Shown piece by piece: positions 19,287 to 28,162 of a DNA stretch of 64,000 nt; position 1 is the first letter of the stretch, and each line of letters starts with the position of its first letter. Position numbers and translations under genes: made by a program. Source of the stretch: a virus (lineage: Duplodnaviria; Caudoviricetes); the IMG/VR virus record IMGVR_UViG_3300028888_000085, positions 34,608 to 98,607 of that record; one strand, written 5' to 3'. The notes beneath the pieces were generated by a model. That model was given only the letters and a program-made list of their open reading frames with translations. It had not been told where the DNA came from and searched no databases.

Positions 19287-20927
19287 ATGCCGATAGTCTT
19301 ATGTACGTACCTAGTCGTAAGGCTTGCCTTGAGTTGGGAGTTCATGCAAACACACTGCGGAGATGGGCAGATGAAGGAAAAATTCGATACATCAGGACAG
19401 CCGGGGGTAAACGCCTCTATGACTGTTCAAGCATCGAACAAAGCAGTAGTACGAAAAAGAACTACTGCTACTGCCGCGTCTCATCGTCAAAGCAAAAGGA
19501 CGACCTCGAAAGGCAAGTCAGTTTCATGTCAGAAAGATACCCAGACCACACCATTCTCAAAGATGTTGGGTCTGGTCTCAATTTCAAAAGAAAACAACTT
19601 CTCTTCTTGCTTGAAGAATGTGCAATGGGAAGGGTTGGAGAAGTTGTCGTTGCCTACCGAGACAGACTTTGCAGATTTGGATTTGAACTGCTTGAATGGT
19701 TCTTCTCTCAAAACTCTGTCAAACTCATGGTTCTCGAACAACAAGAATTATCGCCTCAACAGGAGCTTGTTGCAGACCTCATCTCAGTTATCACGGACTT
19801 TTCAAGTAGAGTTCACGGACTCAGAAAATACCGTACAGCGGTCAAGGAAGATACGAGTTTACCCAACGCAGGAACAGAAGAAGATTCTGAGTAACTGGTT
19901 TGGTGCTTCGAGATTCGCTTATAACAAGACCGTTGAATTTCTTAAACAGCCAGACACAAAAGCTCAATGGAAGTCTGTCAAGACGAACTTGTTGCATGAA
20001 ATGCCTGAATGGGCAAAAGAAGTTCCGTACCAAATTAAGTCTGTTGCGATACGTGACTGCTGTCAGGCAGTGTCGAATGCTAAAAAGAAATTCAAACAGA
20101 CGGGCAAGTTTCAGGAAGTGAAATTCCGTTCAAAGAAACGAGGTGATAACAACCTGTTCATTCCACAAAGTGCTGTTTCAGAGAATGGTGTGTACCACAC
20201 TATTCTTGGTAAACTGAAAACGGCAGAGCCTTTGTGGAAACCTGTACATGACTGCCGTGTGGTTTTACAGAACGGACGTTATTTCGTCATAATACCTATT
20301 GATGTTGCGGTTAAAAGACCTGAGAACCAAAGGCTTTCTGCCTGTGCATTGGACTGTGGTGTTAGGACGTTCCAGACTGTTTTCTCAAAAGAGCTGATTT
20401 TGAAAGTCGGTGAGCATGATTTTCAACGAATCTTCCGATATTGCTATGCTTTGGACAAGTTGATTTCTCGTAAGAAAAAAGAGCGAAGCAATAAGTTTAA
20501 TAAAGCAATGCAGAGAATCCGTTGGAGAGTTCGTGACCTCATTGACGAAATCCACAACAAACTCGCTATTGCACTGTGTCGAATGTTTGAGGTTATTTAT
20601 ATCCCGACATTCGAGACGCATGACATGGTTTCAAAATTGAAACACAAAACATCCAGAGCAATGCTTGGATGGGCACATTATCGTTTCAAGATGAAGCTCA
20701 AAGCAAAAGCAGAAGAGTATTCCTGCAAAGTGGTTGATTGTACAGAACAGTACACGTCAAAGACTTGTGGAAATTGTGGATTGGAGAATCAAATAGGTGG
20801 AAACGAAGTCTGGACGTGCAAGCATTGTGGTTGTATGCATGACAGAGATATAAACGGAGCAAGAAATATCCTGCTAAAGCAGATATTTCTTGCGATGAGA
20901 GATTCCTCCACGTCTTGTTTGGCGTGA
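19287..20927 (+). CDS. tnpB: IS607 TnpB RNA-guided nuclease (start uncertain; frame overlaps all of tnpA)
   Basis: KIRVYPTQEQ, ALDCGVRTF (RuvC-I), EQYTSKTCGNCG...CKHCG zinc finger, DRDINGARNI (RuvC-III). Confidence 0.9.
   Translation: MPIVLCTYLVVRLALSWEFMQTHCGDGQMKEKFDTSGQPGVNASMTVQASNKAVVRKRTTATAASHRQSKRTTSKGKSVSCQKDTQTTPFSKMLGLVSISKENNFSSCLKNVQWEGLEKLSLPTETDFADLDLNCLNGSSLKTLSNSWFSNNKNYRLNRSLLQTSSQLSRTFQVEFTDSENTVQRSRKIRVYPTQEQKKILSNWFGASRFAYNKTVEFLKQPDTKAQWKSVKTNLLHEMPEWAKEVPYQIKSVAIRDCCQAVSNAKKKFKQTGKFQEVKFRSKKRGDNNLFIPQSAVSENGVYHTILGKLKTAEPLWKPVHDCRVVLQNGRYFVIIPIDVAVKRPENQRLSACALDCGVRTFQTVFSKELILKVGEHDFQRIFRYCYALDKLISRKKKERSNKFNKAMQRIRWRVRDLIDEIHNKLAIALCRMFEVIYIPTFETHDMVSKLKHKTSRAMLGWAHYRFKMKLKAKAEEYSCKVVDCTEQYTSKTCGNCGLENQIGGNEVWTCKHCGCMHDRDINGARNILLKQIFLAMRDSSTSCLA
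19301..19894 (+). CDS. tnpA: IS607 TnpA serine recombinase (N-terminal HTH)
   Basis: LGVHANTLRRWADEGKI HTH; YCRVSSSKQKDDLERQ; DVGSGLNFKRK; DRLCRFGFEL. Confidence 0.93.
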   Translation: MYVPSRKACLELGVHANTLRRWADEGKIRYIRTAGGKRLYDCSSIEQSSSTKKNYCYCRVSSSKQKDDLERQVSFMSERYPDHTILKDVGSGLNFKRKQLLFLLEECAMGRVGEVVVAYRDRLCRFGFELLEWFFSQNSVKLMVLEQQELSPQQELVADLISVITDFSSRVHGLRKYRTAVKEDTSLPNAGTEEDSE

Positions 20928-20981
20928 TTTAATAGTAGCTATTGGTAACAATGGCGAATGAAAATGGATCGGAGTGCCGTT

Positions 20982-22946
20982 ATGAGCATTGGTATTAGCA
21001 TGAAAGCATTGAAAAAGATTCTTTTTGTCCAGAGTCTTGAACAGGAAGCTCGCCTTGGAACTTCCAATGTCGTTCCTTCCGCAGAGTCTTTTGCAGACGA
21101 CATCAAAGACTTTGAACTGGCAAGTGGAGATGGTACGGCAACAAAGCACCTTCGTGTTGGTCGTGTTTGTCCGGGTAATGCAGAGGTAATGATTCTTCCG
21201 TATCTGAAAGAGACTTTTGGCGATGATACCGTAAGTCTCGGTCACAAAATAGATGTGATGTCAAAGTTTAGCTACACGGATAAGAATGGAAAGGTTTATT
21301 ATCGTGTTCGACTTGACACCACACAGGTGAAGAAACTTGATGGCGATGCACATGGACGCAATTTCCTGGAACGCTCTCCTGTATCGAAATGGGTATGGAC
21401 AAGCAGCTTGCTTCCTGTTCCGTCAGAAGAAGTGGTCGAGAGTCAGGACATTGTGCATGACCCGCATACTCAGTACGTGGTCAAGAGCGGTCATGTTTTG
21501 GTTCTTCATCCAACACTGGATTCCGAAATCGGTGAAACTCATACATTGATTGAAGGCACTCGATGTGCGGTTTCAAAAGAGAAAAAGAATCCTGAGTTGC
21601 TCGGTGACTCACCGTTGTTCTGTACCGTTATGGTCGATGGTGTGGAATACAATGTCGAAGGAAGACTCTTTGACGATGCAACTGAAATCGTCCGTATCGG
21701 TCTTGCTCTGGCAATCCTTACAGATGAAGACACTGGCGAAAAGAGCATTCTTCCTGTCAACCTTCGCAGCTCGTTTATGGATAATGGCGTTAAGAAATAC
21801 ATCTGTCAGTATCCTGTTGATGCCAATGGCGAGCCGACTCTTGCAGGGTACAACAAGATTGGCACACCAGAGGTTCAAATCGCAACTCTGGTTGTTCCTG
21901 AAAGCGACCTTGCGATGCCTGTTGCTGACTTTGAGGCTGATGATTCGGATAAACCTCGTGGTCTTGTTATGGGCGATTCCGACCTCAATGAAGATGGTGA
22001 AATCGGAGACCTCGCTATTCGTCTCAAAGCATTCGGTCATGGTGATGATGTCTATTACGAGTGCCTGTCTTACAATGAAGACAGAGACGGAAACCTCATT
22101 ATCGTTCCTGAACGTCCTGCGGACAATGAAGACTTCATTGATGGTGCTTACTTCGTCAAGGCAAGCGACATTCTTTCTTCGCATGAGATTATTGACTGGC
22201 TTGGTGGCGACAAACGTGCAGAGGGTATCGGACTTGGAACTGCAGAAGAGCAGGCTGCCGCATTCAACGCATCTCTCGAACATGGTGGCTTGAAGAAATA
22301 CTATGAGAAATATCCTGAAGAGGATATTTGGGATACCGTAAATAATGCACCTGGTAACTGGAACAATGTTGGCTGCACCTTTACGTCTTATGACATGGAC
22401 GGAAACAAACTTGCCGATGGTAAAGCCGCCAAGGTTTGGGAAGATGGTAATGGTACAGACACGTTCATCAAAGTACGTGTTGTCGAAAACAGTGTTGCTG
22501 AATGGATTGGTCGTACCTTCTATGTCCAGGGCGATGCGACGGTAGGCGATACCATGTATGAGCTGTTTGCAGATAAGGACCTCACAGAACCTGTAAATGT
22601 CAAAGTCCAGATTCACGAGAAAGTTCTTGTGAATGCTGAACATAATATCCTTGGTGCTATCTATGCCGGTGGCGCACAGTATCCGTGGATTGTTTTGAAT
22701 TTCGATGAGGATGTCAATGCACGTGTACAGCTCACGTACAAAAATCCTGAGAATGATGAGTCAGTCACAGTGTCCCCGTGGGGAGATAAGGTGTTCCATA
22801 AAGGGTTTGGATGTTCTTCACTTCCGCGTGAGTTTAGTGGCATAATCACGGCCACGAACTATCGTTCAGATATCAAGGATGGTTCTATCATCACACCGAG
22901 CAACTTCGTTCCTGAGAACCTTACGGTCGAACTTCTTAGAGATTAG
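20982..22946 (+). CDS. Hypothetical acidic beta-rich protein, possibly a virion component
   Basis: Long ORF with GGAG SD. Confidence 0.6.
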   Translation: MSIGISMKALKKILFVQSLEQEARLGTSNVVPSAESFADDIKDFELASGDGTATKHLRVGRVCPGNAEVMILPYLKETFGDDTVSLGHKIDVMSKFSYTDKNGKVYYRVRLDTTQVKKLDGDAHGRNFLERSPVSKWVWTSSLLPVPSEEVVESQDIVHDPHTQYVVKSGHVLVLHPTLDSEIGETHTLIEGTRCAVSKEKKNPELLGDSPLFCTVMVDGVEYNVEGRLFDDATEIVRIGLALAILTDEDTGEKSILPVNLRSSFMDNGVKKYICQYPVDANGEPTLAGYNKIGTPEVQIATLVVPESDLAMPVADFEADDSDKPRGLVMGDSDLNEDGEIGDLAIRLKAFGHGDDVYYECLSYNEDRDGNLIIVPERPADNEDFIDGAYFVKASDILSSHEIIDWLGGDKRAEGIGLGTAEEQAAAFNASLEHGGLKKYYEKYPEEDIWDTVNNAPGNWNNVGCTFTSYDMDGNKLADGKAAKVWEDGNGTDTFIKVRVVENSVAEWIGRTFYVQGDATVGDTMYELFADKDLTEPVNVKVQIHEKVLVNAEHNILGAIYAGGAQYPWIVLNFDEDVNARVQLTYKNPENDESVTVSPWGDKVFHKGFGCSSLPREFSGIITATNYRSDIKDGSIITPSNFVPENLTVELLRD

Positions 22947-23062
22947 TTCTCTATGTTAGTTTGTTGACACATCTGAAAGAGCTCATGGACATTGTTCTGT
23001 GAGCTCTTTTTCTATATTATCAAAACAGTTGTACTCACAGGGGCATAATAGGATTTATCGTT

Positions 23063-23518
23063 ATGAAGACAGATTTTAATTATGCGAACTTGCGTTCCCC
23101 TGTTGTATGGCTTCTTTTTTTATGGCAGTTGCCACAAGTACTTGCCGCATTGTTTGTTCTCATCGTGCTTCACGATATAGAACCTTGGAAAAACAAACAT
23201 ACAGGCATGACTGTTTGGTGCATCAAGCATAAGTGGCTTACGTGTTGGTCATTGGGGCCTTTCATTTTCACATACAAAGATGCACAAGAGGACACGTGCC
23301 GACATGAGTCTGGTCACAGTGTTCAGTCTTTGTTTTTGGGTCCTCTTTATTTGTTTGTGGTAGCGATTCCATCAGTCATTCTCTACTGGAGAAGACGTAA
23401 AGGGAATTACAGCATAATCTGGTACTACTGTCATTTCCCGGAGAACTGGGCTAATACGTTGGGCGGTGTTTCCATTGCGACCGAAGAACATGGCAGCATC
23501 AGCCGAACGCAAATTTGA
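23063..23518 (+). CDS. Membrane protein with HExxH zinc-peptidase-like motif
   Basis: Hydrophobic segments; RHESGHSVQS...ENWA. Confidence 0.55.
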   Translation: MKTDFNYANLRSPVVWLLFLWQLPQVLAALFVLIVLHDIEPWKNKHTGMTVWCIKHKWLTCWSLGPFIFTYKDAQEDTCRHESGHSVQSLFLGPLYLFVVAIPSVILYWRRRKGNYSIIWYYCHFPENWANTLGGVSIATEEHGSISRTQI

Positions 23519-23564
23519 AGGTTTCGACCATGATGAGCGAGGTGTTCATGTCAACCGGAAGTCT

Positions 23565-24320
23565 TTACGATTCCGGTTGTTTTGTCAAGATGCTTCTAAT
23601 CCGTTTCTTTGCGACCTCAAAGTAATGTTCATCTTTTTCGATGCCTATGAAATCCCTGTCCAGGTTTACGCAGGCGATGCCGGTTGTTCCGCTTCCCATA
23701 CAGTTGTCAAGAACGGCCATACCTTCTTGTGTGTACGTCTTAATCAGGTATTCACAGAGAGCAACCGGTTTCTGTGTCGGATGAAGTTGGTCCTGTCGCC
23801 GCCATTTCTGCTGAAATCTGAGTATCGTCGTTGGATAACGAAATCCATCATTTGTGCTTTCAACCTCACGGCGATTGAATCCGATTCCATGATTGTTTAC
23901 ATCACATTCGCTTATCTTATGTGTTCGATGGTATGGTTCGCCTGATTCCATGATGGGATAATACTGCGTCCGTTTACCGTTCAAACTGAATACGCTTATC
24001 GTCTCATGCTTGCAGACTGGGCGGTACTTAGCCGTGAACGCAGACCCGGATTTCGATTTCTCCCATACCCAGTCATATTTGAACTCTTTCAGATTGGACA
24101 TTCTCAATGCACTGCTGAATGGTTCAGCACCAAACAGGCATATTGCACAATTAGGCTTTATGATGCGGCGATATTGCGTCCACAATGCATCGAACGGAAT
24201 AGGAGTGTCCCATTTGCATGAGGTTGTTCCGTAAGGCAGGTCGCACAGAATCATGTCGATTGAACGGTCTGGAATCTGCTTCATTATGTTCAGACAATCG
24301 CCGTTAAAAAGCTGCATCAT
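23565..24320 (-). CDS. DNA N4-C/N6-A methyltransferase (beta class)
   Basis: DLPYG, HPTQKP, LDNCMGSGTTG. Confidence 0.92.
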   Translation of the reverse strand: MMQLFNGDCLNIMKQIPDRSIDMILCDLPYGTTSCKWDTPIPFDALWTQYRRIIKPNCAICLFGAEPFSSALRMSNLKEFKYDWVWEKSKSGSAFTAKYRPVCKHETISVFSLNGKRTQYYPIMESGEPYHRTHKISECDVNNHGIGFNRREVESTNDGFRYPTTILRFQQKWRRQDQLHPTQKPVALCEYLIKTYTQEGMAVLDNCMGSGTTGIACVNLDRDFIGIEKDEHYFEVAKKRIRSILTKQPES

Positions 24321-24337
24321 ATTTTCCTTAGTCAGTC

Positions 24338-24378
24338 GTGGTGCTGTGAAAGTTTCATCCAGTCTATGGTGCTATAAC
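24338..24378 (+). promoter_or_regulatory. Phage promoter motif GTGGTGCTGT-N22-TGCTATAAC
   Basis: One of 9 intergenic copies with conserved spacing. Confidence 0.65.
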
Positions 24379-24425
24379 ACTTACGCACTATTATGGTGAT
24401 AGTGCATTGAGTAAGGAGAGAGGAA

Positions 24426-24785
24426 ATGAGGACTTTGGAGAGAATTGAAACAGCAGTTTTAATGGAGGACTTTGATGGTGGGAATCTGTGTGATGCGATT
24501 GATTTACGTACCGACGTTTTTGTTTCTCGGTGTGGTTCTGAAGTTACGTTACAGTTTGAAATCACACAGGGCAACCTTGTTGATTTGGCAGACAAGATTC
24601 AGAACATTTCACGTCCGTGTAAATGCGAGAACTGTGAAAAAGCGTGCATGAATCCGAAACGTTGTCGGTTTTACTTCTCTGATAGATTTATTGAATGTTA
24701 TGTGTCACATGTAATATGCGAGTTTTCAGAGAATGGTGAGTGTGCTTCGTTCACAATAACAGGAATAGTAGGACTTACTTTATGA
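24426..24785 (+). CDS. Hypothetical Cys-containing protein
   Basis: SD GAGG/AAGGAG upstream. Confidence 0.6.
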   Translation: MRTLERIETAVLMEDFDGGNLCDAIDLRTDVFVSRCGSEVTLQFEITQGNLVDLADKIQNISRPCKCENCEKACMNPKRCRFYFSDRFIECYVSHVICEFSENGECASFTITGIVGLTL

Positions 24786-24870
24786 AAGAATATGACATTC
24801 AAGTGCCTTGCATGATGTACGACAACATAACCTATTGGAGAGTGTAGGATGTCTCTTGAGCAATTCAAAT

Positions 24871-25102
24871 GTCTCAGAGGTATGGCATTTATTATGGGTG
24901 TAATACCTCTAAATCACCCGTAACGAATGCCATGCTAATGAGAACAGACTAAGTTCTTTATTGAACTACGCATCAACTTTAAGAAACGTTTGAATGCCTC
25001 CCCAGTTCATTCAATTCTGTTGATGCCTTGTCGAGGGGAAGTCGTATCGCCCTTACGGGAGGTACGCACTACACCAACTTTCATGTTGGTGGCTTATAGC
25101 GA
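24871..25102 (+). ncRNA. Orphan cassette A: single 36-nt repeat fused to anti-repeat and omegaRNA-like scaffold
   Basis: Repeat GTCTCAGAGGTATGGCATTTATTATGGGTGTAATAC (24871-24906); scaffold homologous to 48414-48608. Confidence 0.85.
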
Positions 25103-25256
25103 AAATTAGCAACATGATAACCTAAAAAGCCAGGCACTTTCTGAACAAATTTGGTGTGCGAACAGTTGTCGTTGAGGTTACAAAGGAAATCACGGTGAAG
25201 AAAACTATCTGTGTCCATAACAGGTATGAACCAAATAATGACGTTGATAATGGAGA

Positions 25257-25862
25257 GTGACAATGGAAATCACATGGCATGACGGTAAACAGACACCAAA
25301 CGACGAAACCGGCAGCTACATTATTCTGACGAATAAGGGCAACATCGCCGAGGCAGAATGGAGAAACAATCATTGGTATCAGTATCGTTGGAGTTCGCAG
25401 TATGAACCACATGAGGTAAAAGCATGGTGTCGTCTGGACGATGTAAAAGAGACGTATACTCCAGCTAATGTACGATACAGCAGGCAGACTGTGTTTTGTG
25501 TTAAATTTGAAAAAGACGGGTTGGACAATTCGGTTATTTACGATGTGTCTTCCGTACAAGGAACTGGTCAAACTTTCAAATCATACGGTCACACGTTCAG
25601 TTTTGTGAAGTTCAAAGCTATCTGTGAGCATGATTCTCAGTTGGAGAAGTGGTTTTATGATTACCACGACAAACCTAAGGACAACGTAGGAACGGCACGT
25701 TTATTTGCAATCAATGGAGAAACCGGCGAAACCGTTCGGACGTATAATTTACAGGACGTGTACCCCGCAAACTGTAAGAGGTTCGATTGTTGCGATGGTG
25801 AGTATTTATCAGTCGAGTTCAATGGTTTGTTTCCGCATGACATGGTAACTGAATCCGTATGA
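25257..25862 (+). CDS. Hypothetical protein; C-terminal half weakly tail-tube (gp19)-like
   Basis: LEKWF...GETVRTYNLQDVYP. Confidence 0.5.
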   Translation: MTMEITWHDGKQTPNDETGSYIILTNKGNIAEAEWRNNHWYQYRWSSQYEPHEVKAWCRLDDVKETYTPANVRYSRQTVFCVKFEKDGLDNSVIYDVSSVQGTGQTFKSYGHTFSFVKFKAICEHDSQLEKWFYDYHDKPKDNVGTARLFAINGETGETVRTYNLQDVYPANCKRFDCCDGEYLSVEFNGLFPHDMVTESV

Positions 25863-25870
25863 GCTTTGTC

Positions 25871-25911
25871 GTGGTGCTGTGCATCATCTGAGCAGTTAAA
25901 CGTGCTATACA
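25871..25911 (+). promoter_or_regulatory. Phage promoter motif GTGGTGCTGT-N22-TGCTATACA
   Basis: Same motif and spacing as the 24338 copy. Confidence 0.65.
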
Positions 25912-25953
25912 TGTGTTTGTCGTTAGGTCGTTTCGTCATAAGGAGACAAACAC

Positions 25954-26334
25954 ATGGCTACATTCACAAGCAAAAAAGAAATTGTCACGAAACTCAAAAC
26001 ACAAATTTCCGAGAAGGATGAAACTGCGATTCATGCACTGTTATTCGTTTATGCGTATCAGGAAGCATCGGAGCAGGACAATTCTGTTACGTCGTTTAAT
26101 AATGGCGTAGGATTTAATAAGCATGATGCAGAGTTCTGTACCAGTCTTGTGAACCAATATAACGAACGCGGTTCGTTTTCACGCAAGCAGCTTGAATGCA
26201 TCAAGCGTGTGATGCAGAAGTATGCCGGTCAAATCGTCGAAATAAAACTTGGAAATGGCGACATAGTGAAGAATGGTCGTGTTTACACATGGACTGCAAA
26301 TGGAGTAAACTATGAGACAGCTATCCCCGCTTGA
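25954..26334 (+). CDS. Hypothetical phage protein
   Basis: SD AAGGAG; NGVGFNKHDA motif. Confidence 0.7.
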   Translation: MATFTSKKEIVTKLKTQISEKDETAIHALLFVYAYQEASEQDNSVTSFNNGVGFNKHDAEFCTSLVNQYNERGSFSRKQLECIKRVMQKYAGQIVEIKLGNGDIVKNGRVYTWTANGVNYETAIPA

Positions 26335-26869
26335 ATACAGACGTTTTATCGTATGGACGTTTCCGACAGTCATCGACATGCTTTCCGTTCTTGATAACCG
26401 ATGGGTTGCTGTTGAACATGACACTTATTCTGAACGCATTACATCGAGAGTGGAGAAACGTAAAGGCAAGGACGTGACGTGTTATGGCGTAAAACCGTTA
26501 GACAAACGTGTATTTCTCGAAGCAATCGACAAGGACGGTTTTATTCCGTTCATCGGTCATCTCATTCAAACGTTATATGAGCTTACGCCAGAAAATACAG
26601 ATTCAACTGAACTGTATAGTGATGCACATGAAGCGATTTCGGCTCTTCCTGATGCACCTGATTTGCCAGAATCAAGCGACCCAGATGAAATTTCTCGATG
26701 CATAAGTGCTATGCGTTATGTCCTCGGCATGGGGTTTGGCAATCTTGAAAAGTTCAACAAGATTTGCGTTTACCTTGCAAAGGTTTCGATTGAGATGCTT
26801 TTTTGGTATCTTTACCCTTCACAGACGCTTTCTTATGGCAAAGTTGTCGATAACGATGAATCACACTGA
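26312..26869 (+). CDS. Hypothetical protein
   Basis: ORF with GGAG SD. Confidence 0.6.
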   Translation: MRQLSPLEYRRFIVWTFPTVIDMLSVLDNRWVAVEHDTYSERITSRVEKRKGKDVTCYGVKPLDKRVFLEAIDKDGFIPFIGHLIQTLYELTPENTDSTELYSDAHEAISALPDAPDLPESSDPDEISRCISAMRYVLGMGFGNLEKFNKICVYLAKVSIEMLFWYLYPSQTLSYGKVVDNDESH

Positions 26870-26886
26870 CAGATTAAAGGATAACA

Positions 26887-27375
26887 ATGATGCTTATTAA
26901 GAAACAAAGGGCATACAGAAGCAGACGACGTGCTTTTGAGATGGCACTGGACAAAGCAAAGTTTCAGGCTGTTGTGTCAGATCATTCCGAACAAGTGTTG
27001 CAGAGCTGGTGTCTGATGGAATATTGCCGTTGTTATCGTCACGATCTCGCAGACACCTATGAGCATTGGCGTACAGAGCTTGAGACACAGCTCAACACCA
27101 TTGCACGAAAACTCGTAAAGGGCGACAAGCTCAAATGGACGAAACAGGTGATGATTGACGAGGAAGAGTTTGATCGTGTAGAGAATGTGTTTAATGCTTG
27201 TCGCGTCAAATTCAGACATGAAAACAGAGATGGCTTAGGAATTACAGACAAGGAACAGCATACGGTTTGCATTCATTGTGCTGATGAAATATACGACATC
27301 ATAGAGTGCATGGCATCACAAGACATCACCATTTACACTGACAGGCGGTTTCCACCTATGGAAACACTTGCATAA
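26887..27375 (+). CDS. Hypothetical protein with basic leader (MLIKKQRAYRSRRRAFE)
   Basis: ORF with SD. Confidence 0.6.
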   Translation: MMLIKKQRAYRSRRRAFEMALDKAKFQAVVSDHSEQVLQSWCLMEYCRCYRHDLADTYEHWRTELETQLNTIARKLVKGDKLKWTKQVMIDEEEFDRVENVFNACRVKFRHENRDGLGITDKEQHTVCIHCADEIYDIIECMASQDITIYTDRRFPPMETLA

Positions 27376-27515
27376 CCAATCAACAAAACCGAAATTAGGA
27401 TTAAAGCAATGAGTATGCAGAAATTTAAGTCACAGTGTACACAGTTTATGACTTTGCGTACACTGTGGGAGTGTTCGTTGTGAAGACAATTATAGAGACA
27501 TGTGAGAGGTGAACC

Positions 27516-28142
27516 ATGGGATTAGACGCATATTTCTATATAAAACCCAGATTTCCGAAAGCATCAGAACCGGTCACACCTGAATTGTTGACAGAAACTT
27601 TAAAGAGCTCTGGTGTTAGATACGAACTTGAACGTCTTAAAGTGTGGGCTGAGAAGAATGAAGTTGAGTTCGAGCACGCTCTGTGCAATGCTCTGTCTCA
27701 GTTTAATGCTTCATGTGACGCTACAGAGACGTTCGGTTCGGAAGCTCTTTACTTTCGCAAGTTCCATTTCCTTTTGGAGTTCTTTGGGTACGATGACGAT
27801 TATTATGCAAAAGATATGGTCATCACCAGAGCCAAATGTGAGGAACTTTTCGACCGTGCTAAAAAATGCCTGAATGATGTAGAGAATTACCTAAAGAAGC
27901 AGAAAAGCTGTGTTCTTGGGTATGATGATTTCGGCGTTTTGATTTCATACACGGTGACCGCAAACGAAAAAACAAAAAATCGTATTCATGGTATGGTCAA
28001 CCAAATAACAAACAAAGCATTTCCTTGCAGGTGTTCGGACTCATATTTCGACCATGTGTCGGAACTGCTCACAGGAATACGTTCCATACTGAGAGATATT
28101 GACTGGGATACGGAATGCGTTGTGTTCAATGCAGACTGGTGA
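27516..28142 (+). CDS. Hypothetical phage protein (MGLD...YFRK type)
   Basis: SD GAGGTG. Confidence 0.65.
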   Translation: MGLDAYFYIKPRFPKASEPVTPELLTETLKSSGVRYELERLKVWAEKNEVEFEHALCNALSQFNASCDATETFGSEALYFRKFHFLLEFFGYDDDYYAKDMVITRAKCEELFDRAKKCLNDVENYLKKQKSCVLGYDDFGVLISYTVTANEKTKNRIHGMVNQITNKAFPCRCSDSYFDHVSELLTGIRSILRDIDWDTECVVFNADW

Positions 28143-28162
28143 TTACAGGACAAGGAACCAAC

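Larger units (their letters stand above)
19180..20972 (+). mobile_element. IS607-family insertion sequence (ends inferred)
   Basis: Serine recombinase plus TnpB. The right end is proposed at ATGGATCGG. Joining at GG would restore AAGGAG in front of the next gene's ATG. Confidence 0.7.

Noticed and set aside
21609-22643. Long antisense ORFs (also 38119-39021, 8157-8888, 47822-48340)
   Set aside because: They are shadows of well-supported genes on the opposite strand.
24786-24840. Possible second repeat upstream of cassette A (TATGACATT)
   Set aside because: Only 9 nt match and the spacing is wrong.
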